Shown here in pieces: positions 44,706 to 53,843 of a DNA stretch of 61,951 nt (position 1 is its first letter; every line of letters begins with the position of its first letter). This DNA comes from a virus. Lineage: Duplodnaviria; Caudoviricetes. The position numbers and the translations under genes are program-made. Under the pieces are notes generated by a model. It saw only the letters and a program-made list of their open reading frames with translations, made no database searches and was not told the origin of the DNA. Location: positions 1 through 61,951 of IMG/VR virus record IMGVR_UViG_3300017971_000301; one strand, 5' to 3'.

Positions 44706-47197
44706 GTAAGTATCCCCTCTGAGAATTTCCGATCGAATCCAAACATATTTTCGAAATATGCAGACAACTCAGGATATCGCTGTCGTGCCTTTTCCCATTT
44801 GGAAGTTCGAGACGCCCATGCTTCTCGTCCCTCATCCAAAAGTTTGTTTAATTCTCGTTCTCTCAGTTCTATAAATCGTGCGAAATTCTCCTTCGGCGTT
44901 TTACTTCTGGCTTCGGCAATGTCCCTCTCCAGGTTTGTTATCTTCTTATCAAACCTCAATCTGTTATCCTGATACCTATAGTATCGCTGACCGTTCATGG
45001 CCCACCATTCGTCCCCAGCGCCAAGACCCGAGTAAATGCGACCTTCGTAATCATCGAGCCAATTGTCTTTCCAATATCGTCCATCCCCGTTTGCGTAAAC
45101 TCCTGTCTTCCCTGAACTGGTTGCTCGGAAAAGTCGACGAAAGTCTTGTCCCATATCCTCAGTCGTATAGACATTATCCATCCACAAGAATCCCGTGTTC
45201 TTATGACGATATCCCCCTGTATCTGTCATTCCAAAAATCATATCATCAAGAGCATGACTGAATTCGTGAGCAACAACTTCTGCTCTATCCATCGTATACA
45301 AATGAACTTCACTAGCGCTAGGCCTATAAAAAGCTCGCATACTTTTCGAATGAAACTTGACTTTGAGCCATCGATCAGCTAGTTTTTTCATCATATCGAA
45401 GGGTATCCAGCGAGTGCCATTGTATACCTTACGAATCTCAGTCTTTTTTGGTCTTTTACCCAACATCGTCTTTACAAGGTTTTCTCGTTCCGCTATATAA
45501 GCATCCTCAGACAAGGTGTTTACATAACGATAATAAGCCTGTTCCTCTGCCAATCGAGCTTTTTCTTTCAGCTTAAGGCCTTCTGTATCAAATCGATCTG
45601 CTAGTTCCACAGACTTTGCTTTCGCTGCATTCCATTCTGCAAGAGCTTTTTCCGTCGTCAAAACAGGTGTCGCCACTTTCTCAGCAATCTCTTCCCCCGC
45701 TTCCACAACTGCCCTGACTTGTCCAGGACGACCCAAACGAACTAAGGCCGCATCGATCTGATCCAGTGTCAATTCAACGATCTGATTATCCCCAACATCG
45801 AATCCTAGTCGCTTGTAGAAAGCAACCGCTTCATCTGAGGACTGAAACGCCAATCCTGTTTCTTTCTTTCTCGCGCGAGCAAGCGCCCGTCGCATCAGTT
45901 CCGCCCCAGATCCAGGAACGTTCCCCAGCGTACCCAAGTGTTCAATCACCAAAGTCTTACCGGCCTCATCAAACGTCATTGCTAACGCACCTTCGATGCT
46001 CCTATCGGCCTTAGTCAATAAAACCTTGTAATCTGTTCCCTGTTGCAGAATAGCTGCCTCCATTTCAGCAAAGCGAGCTGACGTCTGACGACCACCCGTT
46101 TGTGCGACCAAGTTATCCAAAACATTTTGAGCGGGCTTGAATCCCTTTCGAACTTGAGTAACATATAATCGCTCCAAGGGAGCAGCCACACTACCAAACT
46201 TCGGAATCTTTAACTTTGCAGGAGGTTCCGGTTCATCCTTTGTTGGATCTACTGGAAGCCAAGAACATCGACACTGAGGATGAACAGGAATAACTCCCCT
46301 CGCCTGTTCAATTGTGAATGTTCGACCGTCAATTGGAGCACAGAGTGGGCAAACCCGAGAATCCCCCGCAGTTCTAAATTCAACCTCTGGTGTTATTCCA
46401 ACGACGCCCCAATTTTCGAACTCCTGTAATTGAGCCTCAGCATGCGATCTAATAATCTCTGTTCTGGCTAAAATAACGGCCCTTCGCTCTGCCGGAATGA
46501 ATCGCCCTAAGGTATCTGTAAGACCAAGATCACCAACTGGTCCAGAAATCGTTCTAGTAAGATTTTTGGCTAATGCCCGCGGACCTAACCCATCTGCCAT
46601 TCCCTGCGAGAGAACCCGAGAGATCTGGGAATCCATTGCATCGGTGATTCCTTTCAGATCCCTAAAGGTTCGAGTAAACAAGAGACCAACCCGATCAGCG
46701 TGAAATGGCATATTGAAGACAGCATCGATTCCACCTGTTTCTTCAATCCCTGGCACATTATAACCGGTTCCAACCAATGATGTTCGAGCACTCCTAATCC
46801 CTCGTTGATAAGCCGATTGAATATACATATTCGTCCATGGTTGTTGAATCGCAGTTCCTAGCTGATCAAACCGAGTTACTTCAAGAACATTAGCCTTTAC
46901 CTGTTCATCCAACCAATCCATGAACTGATTTACCTTTTGTGCATCAGTTCCAAACGCAAAAGCTCTCCGCCCTGGGGTTTGCATTTGCTGAATGGTAACT
47001 AGAGCCAGCTCAGGATTACGTAAACCAAAAACATCCTCAATTATAATCGCCCGGCGAATTACACCCCGTAGCTCATTGAATCTCTTTTTTAGAGCCCTGG
47101 CAAAGGCATTCCGAAGAGTAAGAGTCCGCGTCGGATCCGTCCTAGCAGATCTCTGATAAATATGAAAATGTTTATGTAATAGTGCGTGTGTTGGCAT
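44702..47197 (-). CDS. MuF (SPP1 gp7-like) minor head protein with GNAT and HEXXH-peptidase extensions
   Basis: RA..LARTEIIR.H...TAGD.RVC..C...P.HPQCRC; then G.GAELM...AVAFYKRLGF; then AHEFSHALD...GDEWWA. Confidence 0.88.
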   Translation of the reverse strand: MPTHALLHKHFHIYQRSARTDPTRTLTLRNAFARALKKRFNELRGVIRRAIIIEDVFGLRNPELALVTIQQMQTPGRRAFAFGTDAQKVNQFMDWLDEQVKANVLEVTRFDQLGTAIQQPWTNMYIQSAYQRGIRSARTSLVGTGYNVPGIEETGGIDAVFNMPFHADRVGLLFTRTFRDLKGITDAMDSQISRVLSQGMADGLGPRALAKNLTRTISGPVGDLGLTDTLGRFIPAERRAVILARTEIIRSHAEAQLQEFENWGVVGITPEVEFRTAGDSRVCPLCAPIDGRTFTIEQARGVIPVHPQCRCSWLPVDPTKDEPEPPAKLKIPKFGSVAAPLERLYVTQVRKGFKPAQNVLDNLVAQTGGRQTSARFAEMEAAILQQGTDYKVLLTKADRSIEGALAMTFDEAGKTLVIEHLGTLGNVPGSGAELMRRALARARKKETGLAFQSSDEAVAFYKRLGFDVGDNQIVELTLDQIDAALVRLGRPGQVRAVVEAGEEIAEKVATPVLTTEKALAEWNAAKAKSVELADRFDTEGLKLKEKARLAEEQAYYRYVNTLSEDAYIAERENLVKTMLGKRPKKTEIRKVYNGTRWIPFDMMKKLADRWLKVKFHSKSMRAFYRPSASEVHLYTMDRAEVVAHEFSHALDDMIFGMTDTGGYRHKNTGFLWMDNVYTTEDMGQDFRRLFRATSSGKTGVYANGDGRYWKDNWLDDYEGRIYSGLGAGDEWWAMNGQRYYRYQDNRLRFDKKITNLERDIAEARSKTPKENFARFIELRERELNKLLDEGREAWASRTSKWEKARQRYPELSAYFENMFGFDRKFSEGILT

Positions 47198-47237
47198 TAT
47201 TACTAATCTTCGTCAGAGTCGTCTATTCTTCGCCAAA

Positions 47238-47567
47238 CTATGGTCTTTTCAAGTCTGGCACGCTTGGATCTCCAGGAAGTTCTCTGACGAATTCGAAAGG
47301 GACAGTGTTAGATTCTCCCCAGACATTTCGTGCCTTAACGGTTACCTGATGCTGGCCATCTGCCACGCTTTCCAGATCCAATAAGACCGCGGCCTCTTCG
47401 CCATCAAAAATCGCAGTAGTATATGGCACGATCGTTTCCACACCATCCAGAACAACCACATATTCCTCGACATTTTCCTGAGGATCACAAACAAGAAACG
47501 GTGCCCCATATGCTATTGCCGGAACCAACCAAAACATAACGATAAAAATCACGATAATCTTTTTCAT
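47238..47567 (-). CDS. secreted FN3/Ig-like small protein
   Basis: Sec signal MKKIIVIFIVMFWLVPAIAYG-A; beta-strands ending VTVKARNVWGES. Confidence 0.65.
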   Translation of the reverse strand: MKKIIVIFIVMFWLVPAIAYGAPFLVCDPQENVEEYVVVLDGVETIVPYTTAIFDGEEAAVLLDLESVADGQHQVTVKARNVWGESNTVPFEFVRELPGDPSVPDLKRP

Positions 47568-47576
47568 GGTTTCCTC

Positions 47577-49001
47577 CTATTCGTCTTCTAAGTCTCCTAA
47601 ATTCTCTTCCTCAAAATCCGCGTCTTCTTCTGCTTGTGCAGCCTCCATTTCTTCGGTAATGGCCGCAATCTGATCTTCAGACAAACCTAAGAAATAATGC
47701 AAAAAAGCGTTGGGAGGCACAACTGACTGAGCCAAAGGATCCTTGGAATAGTTTGATAATGACTCAGATCGGGTCTTCCCGACTTCAGCTCTTTCCTTAT
47801 CCGATTCCGACCATAGATCAGACCACTCAATAACGTAATCGCCTTCCTCTTCCTTCAATGACGAAAGCACCCCAAATTCCAAACAGCGATTAATTGTTTC
47901 CCGAATAATCTCTGGTTCTGCAAAGCTGGTTCTTCGTTCCTGTAACTTTTCAAACCACGCATCCCGATCGGAAGTGCTAGCCAACTCCCCACGTTCTGAT
48001 CCCGTAAGAATCCTTTTCGGTATCCCATAAGCAGCGGACAACATTTCGATCTGAACATCGACATGTCCTTTCGGATCAGAAATCTGCATCGCCAGTTCTT
48101 TTATGTCCACACCGGCAACAGTGAGAATTCGACGCAGATTATTTTCGTACTCATCCATTTGATCCTGAAGAGTATCGTCCGTCTCATCGGTAACCTCGTA
48201 ATCCTCATCAACCTTTGCCTGATATCCTGGTCGTGCGCCCCGCCAGAACATCTCGGCAGATCCACCAACAAGCTTCTCTAAATCGAACAATCGGTTTAAT
48301 CCCACTTCTAACTGAGGAGTCCCAATAACTTCAGATTCCATTTTATCCTGAGCAATATGAATAATCCTAGTCCAGTGAACCTCCACGGTTTGAGTTCGTG
48401 TTGTAGATCCAGTCTGATCAAGTTCGGCGACGCTTAAAACAGTGATCTCATAAATACGAGGTAAGCTGTATCTAGGATTTGTCGTGTCGTTTTCCCAAGT
48501 CTTCACCTTTGCATTTGACTCACTAAGGGGTTTCACATACAAAAGCTTTCTGTCGTCCCCACGTTCAACTGGTTTTTTGAAATCAGTGGAATTCTTTACA
48601 TCATCAAAACCCAGAAACAAAACACCATATTTACCAAGAGATGTTAGCTTATCAACCCGTTTGAACATGGTCGTTAGCTTCAGATCAATTTCAAGCTCTT
48701 TCCAATCCTTCTCGAATTCCGTTGGCTCGTCCTTCTCTTTTTCTGGCTCAATTACCAGAAAACCACCCCTCCAGGTTCCATCAATAGGTCGATTAACCAG
48801 AGCCTTTGCTATATCCTGCCGAGTATATCGAGACGAGTAATCATTATAGTCGGGATTATCCTTATATCCCAAGGCCTGATAAACGTCCCTATCGCCACCA
48901 TATTGTTGCCCAAGCTTGGAGGCCAATTGAGCACGAGAAAGGATCGTACTCATTATCTTAACAAGCTCTGGACTCATCTTTACATTTTCTTCAACAGCCA
49001 T
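47577..49001 (-). CDS. portal protein (DUF1073 family)
   Basis: VHWTRIIH, GGSAEMFWRGA, IPKRIL.GSERGELAS..D; position after the terminase. Confidence 0.88.
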   Translation of the reverse strand: MAVEENVKMSPELVKIMSTILSRAQLASKLGQQYGGDRDVYQALGYKDNPDYNDYSSRYTRQDIAKALVNRPIDGTWRGGFLVIEPEKEKDEPTEFEKDWKELEIDLKLTTMFKRVDKLTSLGKYGVLFLGFDDVKNSTDFKKPVERGDDRKLLYVKPLSESNAKVKTWENDTTNPRYSLPRIYEITVLSVAELDQTGSTTRTQTVEVHWTRIIHIAQDKMESEVIGTPQLEVGLNRLFDLEKLVGGSAEMFWRGARPGYQAKVDEDYEVTDETDDTLQDQMDEYENNLRRILTVAGVDIKELAMQISDPKGHVDVQIEMLSAAYGIPKRILTGSERGELASTSDRDAWFEKLQERRTSFAEPEIIRETINRCLEFGVLSSLKEEEGDYVIEWSDLWSESDKERAEVGKTRSESLSNYSKDPLAQSVVPPNAFLHYFLGLSEDQIAAITEEMEAAQAEEDADFEEENLGDLEDE

Positions 49002-49678
49002 GCCAGATCCTCTTTCGTATTAACCTCAGGACCACATTCCGTTGTAGTCAACATCACCCCAATCGGAAAATGATAATATATGGCCCGCAATTGTTCTAGC
49101 TTTTCCTTTTTTTCCAACTCGGGCTGAATAACTGAATAAAACGACCTAAGAGCACGATACCGAAAGCCATACATGCCAATATGATAAATCGGCCTTTCCA
49201 CAGTTTCAAATGGTTGTCGACTAAACAGAATTGCCCTCTGATCTGATCCCAGAAGAATGTGAACCATCCCCAACATCACTTTATGAGTGATTAACCCTAG
49301 TGTTGTTATAGGAAAGTAATCATTAATTATGGTGAATTTAATCAAATCACTACATAGTCGCGGTGGAACAAAGGGCATATCACCCTGTAAGTTAATCACA
49401 ATATCATCATCATCCAAACCAAGCTTTGCGGCAGCCGCCGCGCAACGATCAGATCCAGATAAACAGGAATCATCCGTCATGATAACCGATCCCATTCCTT
49501 CAACAACGTCTGCAATTCGGTGATCATCTGTCGCAACATACAACTCATCGAAACAAGGAACCTGTAGAGCCTGTTCTAAGACCCTCTGTATCATTGGCTT
49601 GCCATGTATATCCACTAATGGCTTTCCGGGCAATCTTTGACTGTTATAACGCGCAGGAATAATGATTATGATTCTCAT
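48980..49678 (-). CDS. kdsB: CMP-Kdo synthetase (3-deoxy-manno-octulosonate cytidylyltransferase)-like
   Basis: IIPARYNSQRLPGKPL, VATDD, SGSDR, INLQGDMP, FSR, HIGMYGF, LEK.EKLEQLRA, VNT.EDL. Confidence 0.9.
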   Translation of the reverse strand: MRIIIIIPARYNSQRLPGKPLVDIHGKPMIQRVLEQALQVPCFDELYVATDDHRIADVVEGMGSVIMTDDSCLSGSDRCAAAAAKLGLDDDDIVINLQGDMPFVPPRLCSDLIKFTIINDYFPITTLGLITHKVMLGMVHILLGSDQRAILFSRQPFETVERPIYHIGMYGFRYRALRSFYSVIQPELEKKEKLEQLRAIYYHFPIGVMLTTTECGPEVNTKEDLAWLLKKM

Positions 49679-51234
49679 CTACGTTTTCCAACACCCCGTG
49701 CGGTTTTCTTCTTAACGATTTTCGCAAAGCCACCTGATCCAGCATCCACTTGATCAGAATATGTGCCAAACGGGAAGAACCTATGTTCCTCGATAAAATC
49801 ATGATTCCAATCGCCCCTTAATAACAGCACATTCCCATTATTGACTTGAACTGAATACGGATCAGCCCTATATTCCTTACTTCCTTGCCCACTAACTACA
49901 TCTTTATGAGCACTGAACCCCGCAAGATTTCTAATAGTGCCTTCAGCCGATTCCTTTCCCCCACTTCCAGGTTCCTGTTCAACCCAGATTGCACATTTGC
50001 GACCATCAGCTTCGGCTCTTGATTTAATTATATCCTCTCGATTCTCAGAGGACCACTGGCCACGCTTTACATCTGAAATCAAGAATTTCTTGTTATTTAG
50101 TGCATGCCATTTCACCCCTGCCGTATATTTGCCGCCACCCTGTGTTCCTGCTTTATCCCAATAGCGCAAAGTCTTCAGAATAGCAGCATCAGAAGGCATT
50201 TGATCGATGATTTCGAATCGATCCACTTTGAACATTCCACCACCAGGAGGCGTGGGTTTCTGTCCTATCTGACCGGCATAACCATATTGACCTAGATCAT
50301 CCTCCATCTCTCTCAATACCTCTCGACCCATTCGAACAGGATCGAGCATCCCATCCTTATAGTACTTAACCAATTCTGGAGGATTGATCTGTTCTCCATA
50401 ATTCCAAGATTCCCCTGGAAGACAGATATGTTTGATCTTATCTTTCTTCGAAGCTATCATATGGCCAGCCGGATCGTTCTGATGAAGCCGTTGCATAATC
50501 AAAACCGTGGGAACAATCGTTTTATCAACCTTTCTGGTCGACAACGTTTGGCCCATAAACCTGTTCGCTTTTTCCAGCTCAACCTCACTAACTGCCTTCT
50601 CGGGATTCAACGGATCATCAACAATCAGAATATGTCCATGGAAACCTGTTAATGATCCACCAACCGAAGTGGAGAATCGATTTCCACCCCGTTTTACTTC
50701 CTTGACTGTTCCATCGTCATTAAAAATGGTCTCTTGAATTGTGAAGTTACCCTTTTGATCCTTGTCAGCCTTTATCTGGAGTTCAGGAAAGACCCGTTGA
50801 AACTTATCAGATCTAACCAGTTCCCTTGAATATTCAGCATGTTCTAGAGAAAGAGGGCCCGAATAACTGGTTGCTATAAATTTCATCCACGGCCAACGAA
50901 TCCAACACCAAACAGGAAACATGATCGTGCATGTAATTGACTTAGTTGTTCCAGGAGGAACGTTGATGATCAAATCATATTCTTTAGGTAGGCCAAAAGC
51001 CACCCGTTCAGCGACTTTTGTTAATTCTTTGCAGATATACTCAATATGCCAATTCCACTTTGGTTCTTCCGCCGACACCTCGTACCAAAACCTCTGCATG
51101 AAATCATAAAAGGACCTACGACAGATTTCCGCAGTGATAGCGTCCGGATAATAGAGGGCACGGATCATCAACTCCTGCTTACTCATCAAATCAAAATTAT
51201 CCGGTTTGATCGCTATTGCTTCCGCTGTTCCCAT
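49675..51234 (-). CDS. terL: terminase large subunit
   Basis: INVPPGTTKS, LTGFHG, IVDDP, MQRLH..D, QIGQ.P.P.GG, WDKAG, EQEPGSGG, DQVDA. Confidence 0.95.
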   Translation of the reverse strand: MGTAEAIAIKPDNFDLMSKQELMIRALYYPDAITAEICRRSFYDFMQRFWYEVSAEEPKWNWHIEYICKELTKVAERVAFGLPKEYDLIINVPPGTTKSITCTIMFPVWCWIRWPWMKFIATSYSGPLSLEHAEYSRELVRSDKFQRVFPELQIKADKDQKGNFTIQETIFNDDGTVKEVKRGGNRFSTSVGGSLTGFHGHILIVDDPLNPEKAVSEVELEKANRFMGQTLSTRKVDKTIVPTVLIMQRLHQNDPAGHMIASKKDKIKHICLPGESWNYGEQINPPELVKYYKDGMLDPVRMGREVLREMEDDLGQYGYAGQIGQKPTPPGGGMFKVDRFEIIDQMPSDAAILKTLRYWDKAGTQGGGKYTAGVKWHALNNKKFLISDVKRGQWSSENREDIIKSRAEADGRKCAIWVEQEPGSGGKESAEGTIRNLAGFSAHKDVVSGQGSKEYRADPYSVQVNNGNVLLLRGDWNHDFIEEHRFFPFGTYSDQVDAGSGGFAKIVKKKTARGVGKRR

Positions 51235-51724
51235 TACTCGCTTTCACCGCAAGGTGTTCTAACATAACAAGATCTTGTCTCGATAATCTAGAGAAATCAA
51301 GAGTAAAATCGGGAATCAGTCTCTCCCCACCTTTGCCTGTCACCTCAGTTCGATTAGGTACTTTCCCTTCGAGCCGATCCAGTAGAACAGAAGCCGCAGC
51401 CGGATTAGGAGCATACTTCTTAACAATATTCGTTAAGATAACATCCCCTTGATGTTGAGACACGTGAACTGCGTCGTGTTCATATCCTATTGCCGCCTGT
51501 TCCATCGCATCATAGACCCTAAGTCTGGATCTGGTCATTCGTCGCTTTCTAATCTCGAATGCCTCAGCCTCGATGTCAGTGAATTCATCTGGAGTGAAGT
51601 GTCGATATAATCCTCTCCTTTGAATCCCGCAGACCTCAGCAAATTGAGATCTATTAACGAACTCATTCTCAGGATTTGACAAGAAACTAATCAACTTTGC
51701 TTTGTGTTTTTCTTTAGCTGTCAT
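51197..51724 (-). CDS. terS: terminase small subunit
   Basis: N-terminal HTH; A.GYE...K.YAPNPAAA; EVTGKGG; directly upstream of terL. Confidence 0.75.
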   Translation of the reverse strand: MTAKEKHKAKLISFLSNPENEFVNRSQFAEVCGIQRRGLYRHFTPDEFTDIEAEAFEIRKRRMTRSRLRVYDAMEQAAIGYEHDAVHVSQHQGDVILTNIVKKYAPNPAAASVLLDRLEGKVPNRTEVTGKGGERLIPDFTLDFSRLSRQDLVMLEHLAVKASNGNSGSNSDQTG

Positions 51725-51829
51725 TTAGATCTATGAGTCTAAACTGTGACTTCGTTAATTGGTTAACCTTTTCAAATTCAAGAAAAAATCATCTAATCAA
51801 AAAAGCCTCATTCGCAATCTTCAAACGCA

Positions 51830-51890
51830 GTTGTGGGAGGGAAACAGACTAATCTTACAACAACATAAAGATTCGATTCCCTCCCACAAC
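51830..51890 (-). other. long hairpin in the late-operon leader
   Basis: 14-bp perfect inverted repeat GTTGTGGGAGGGAA...TTCCCTCCCACAAC enclosing an inner AATCTT/AAGATT stem. Confidence 0.6.
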
Positions 51891-52139
51891 AAATAATTAA
51901 CCGCCTACGTATGATAGTTTCTAATCAATAAATCCGCAGCCCTCTTTCTCCGGTGAACCCGGTGTCCAGGGCGCATTTTAATCACATCCCTTCTAATCCG
52001 AGGTCTACGTTTCTCGATAACAAACGAAACATTTTGACGAAGTTACAAATCCTTGAACTGAGTAGGATTCCGGTCTACATAATCAATGTCTATTCCTGTG
52101 CTATAACACAGAGGACTCATAACCCGCCTTTCAGTTATT

Positions 52140-52168
52140 ATGATATCACACACAGAACTAATTGTAAA
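52140..52168 (-). promoter_or_regulatory. leftward sigma70-type promoter (packaging/structural operon)
   Basis: - strand TTTACA-N17-TATCAT with TG extension. Confidence 0.65.
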
Positions 52169-52299
52169 CCTTTTTCCGAGGAAATAGTTGGTGCAATCCC
52201 CTCAACATCTGCGAAATAACAACGAAGTTAAGTCCCTATAAATACGCGTAGAATCTAGAAATAGGAACCAAGTTCTCAATTCTGAAACCCAATTGATCT

Positions 52300-52630
52300 C
52301 GATGTTACACTATGTAACACAACTAAACTACTGTAATCATTACAAATAATTCATTAGTGTTACAGTATAGAGAATTGCAAGTGTAACACCCAAGTACTTG
52401 TAATCATTACAAATAACTTTCGTAGATACCTAATGTTACACCGTTACACCTGTTTTCCAGATCAGAAAAAACATTTTTCCGTCTCGCGCGCACGAATATG
52501 GTGTAACGGTGTAACATTCCTCCGTAACCATTTGAATTTATTTTATATTTTGGTGTTACCGCAGTGTTACAGTTTCGATGGGGTAGTGTAACAATGTAAT
52601 AATATCAGTAGGTTGGATGTTACACCCAAT
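52300..52630. repeat. iteron-like GTTAC/GTAAC repeat cluster (candidate origin or packaging site)
   Basis: About 13 copies of (GT)GT(T/A)AC(A) in both orientations, plus two copies of TGTAATCATTACAAATAA, in a non-coding AT-rich region. Confidence 0.7.
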
Positions 52631-52786
52631 CGGCCATGGCTGCCCGACCATGACCGATTGAGGTTTATAGGAGGAAAATATGAAATGCGATGATCCCATA
52701 TTCTGTATATACCACATGAAATCATCCTGCGTATACCTTTATTTTCCCTGCAAGAATTATTTTTTCACAAAAATATTATTTTATGG

Positions 52787-52815
52787 TTTACATTAGGATT
52801 ATCCTGTGGTATACT
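52787..52815 (+). promoter_or_regulatory. sigma70-type promoter with a palindromic operator in the spacer
   Basis: TTTACA-N17-TATACT; spacer contains AGGAT-T-ATCCT. Confidence 0.72.
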
Positions 52816-52844
52816 CAGGAGAACAACCAAGGAAAGGAGAGCAT

Positions 52845-53093
52845 ATGGAGAATATTGCTGATAGTTGGTTTACTACTGATCAAGCCGCCGAACACCTTAA
52901 TATCACTCGCCCGCGCGTGAACCAATTGATACGCGAGGGCAAGTTACCGGCAGAAAGGATTGGCAGGGATTACTTCATCAGGAAAGAGGTTGTCCAAACC
53001 CATACTCTTTCTAGGCCGACTGGCCGACCCAAGAAGAGTCTGGAACCTGTCTTACCGAAACCAGAGGAACTTCGAAAGGATCCGCCAATATAG
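52845..53093 (+). CDS. excisionase-like (MerR-type) helix-turn-helix DNA-binding protein
   Basis: FTTDQAAEHLNITRPRVNQLIREGKLPAERIGRDYFI; GRPKK tail. Confidence 0.85.
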   Translation: MENIADSWFTTDQAAEHLNITRPRVNQLIREGKLPAERIGRDYFIRKEVVQTHTLSRPTGRPKKSLEPVLPKPEELRKDPPI

Positions 53094-53094
53094 G

Positions 53095-53313
53095 ATGCCG
53101 GCTAATCCTGACAAAATAGCCAGGATGTCTCACAAGGATGTGATGAAGGCTGCTACAAAGGAATTAGTCATGGAAGACTACAACGCAGCCATAGAAGCGG
53201 TTAAACAAAAACTGCGGCAGATCAGGGGAACCAAGAGAAAGAAGAAACGGCTAAAGTTAGAAGCTCAGTTACAGGAACTATTAACCACACCAATAGAAGG
53301 AGCCAGCCAATGA
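53095..53313 (+). CDS. small coiled-coil protein (paralog of 53310-53498)
   Basis: Pattern ED..AI..VK...R.IR...LE...E.L..P.EGAS shared with the next ORF. Confidence 0.55.
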   Translation: MPANPDKIARMSHKDVMKAATKELVMEDYNAAIEAVKQKLRQIRGTKRKKKRLKLEAQLQELLTTPIEGASQ

Positions 53314-53498
53314 ATTACAATGATCTAGTAAAAGACGCCGAAGAGGCCTTGGCAGCGGAAGACCGGGAAGTCGCCATTGCTCAGGTAAAGGAAAGAATCA
53401 GGGAAATCAGAGTGGCCAGAAAAACCCTTAGCCGTCTCGAGCGGGAAATGGAAGAATTCCTTTCGAAACCGGTCGAGGGAGCCAGCGACGGCATATAG
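53310..53498 (+). CDS. small coiled-coil protein (paralog of 53095-53313)
   Basis: AAGGAG RBS; ATGA coupling. Confidence 0.6.
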   Translation: MNYNDLVKDAEEALAAEDREVAIAQVKERIREIRVARKTLSRLEREMEEFLSKPVEGASDGI

Positions 53499-53507
53499 GA
53501 GAGTTAG

Positions 53508-53843
53508 ATGAATTTGGATCTTATGGAGCCCACCATTATCTCTGATGGAGAAACCATGACTCTGAGGTTGCCGGATGGAGCCACCTTTTCCTTCAAATTC
53601 ATCTTGCAACAAATGGATCTGAGGTCTTCTCCGGAAATACCCATAATGATGGATGATCCGAGTGGTTGGAAATCCACAGTTCTTGCTCCTCACCGATCAG
53701 CGGCCCTGTCAATTGAGATAGTCCCTACTGGACCGATTCTATATTCAGAGGGTGATGAAGATCCCACACCGATCGATCAGTTTGAAGGTGTTTCGGTTCT
53801 GGATCTGTTCAAAGCAATCAATCGAAAACTGGATAAAAGATGA
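53508..53843 (+). CDS. hypothetical protein
   Basis: AGGAG RBS; ATGA-coupled to the helicase. Confidence 0.6.
   Translation: MNLDLMEPTIISDGETMTLRLPDGATFSFKFILQQMDLRSSPEIPIMMDDPSGWKSTVLAPHRSAALSIEIVPTGPILYSEGDEDPTPIDQFEGVSVLDLFKAINRKLDKR

Noticed and set aside
47577-49001. Anti-CBASS Acb1
   Set aside because: DUF1073 portals are often labelled this way, but I see no 2H-phosphoesterase (HxT) domain here; it is a plain portal
42800-49678. Host contamination or a prophage boundary explaining galE and kdsB
   Set aside because: These genes overlap phage structural-module neighbours on both sides and share their strand, so they are integral to the phage
52300-52630. CRISPR array
   Set aside because: Repeats are 5-9 bp, in mixed orientation and irregularly spaced; no cas genes
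52845-53093. Evidence of lysogeny from the excisionase-like HTH
   Set aside because: No integrase, att site or CI/Cro pair is seen; this HTH family is common as a regulator
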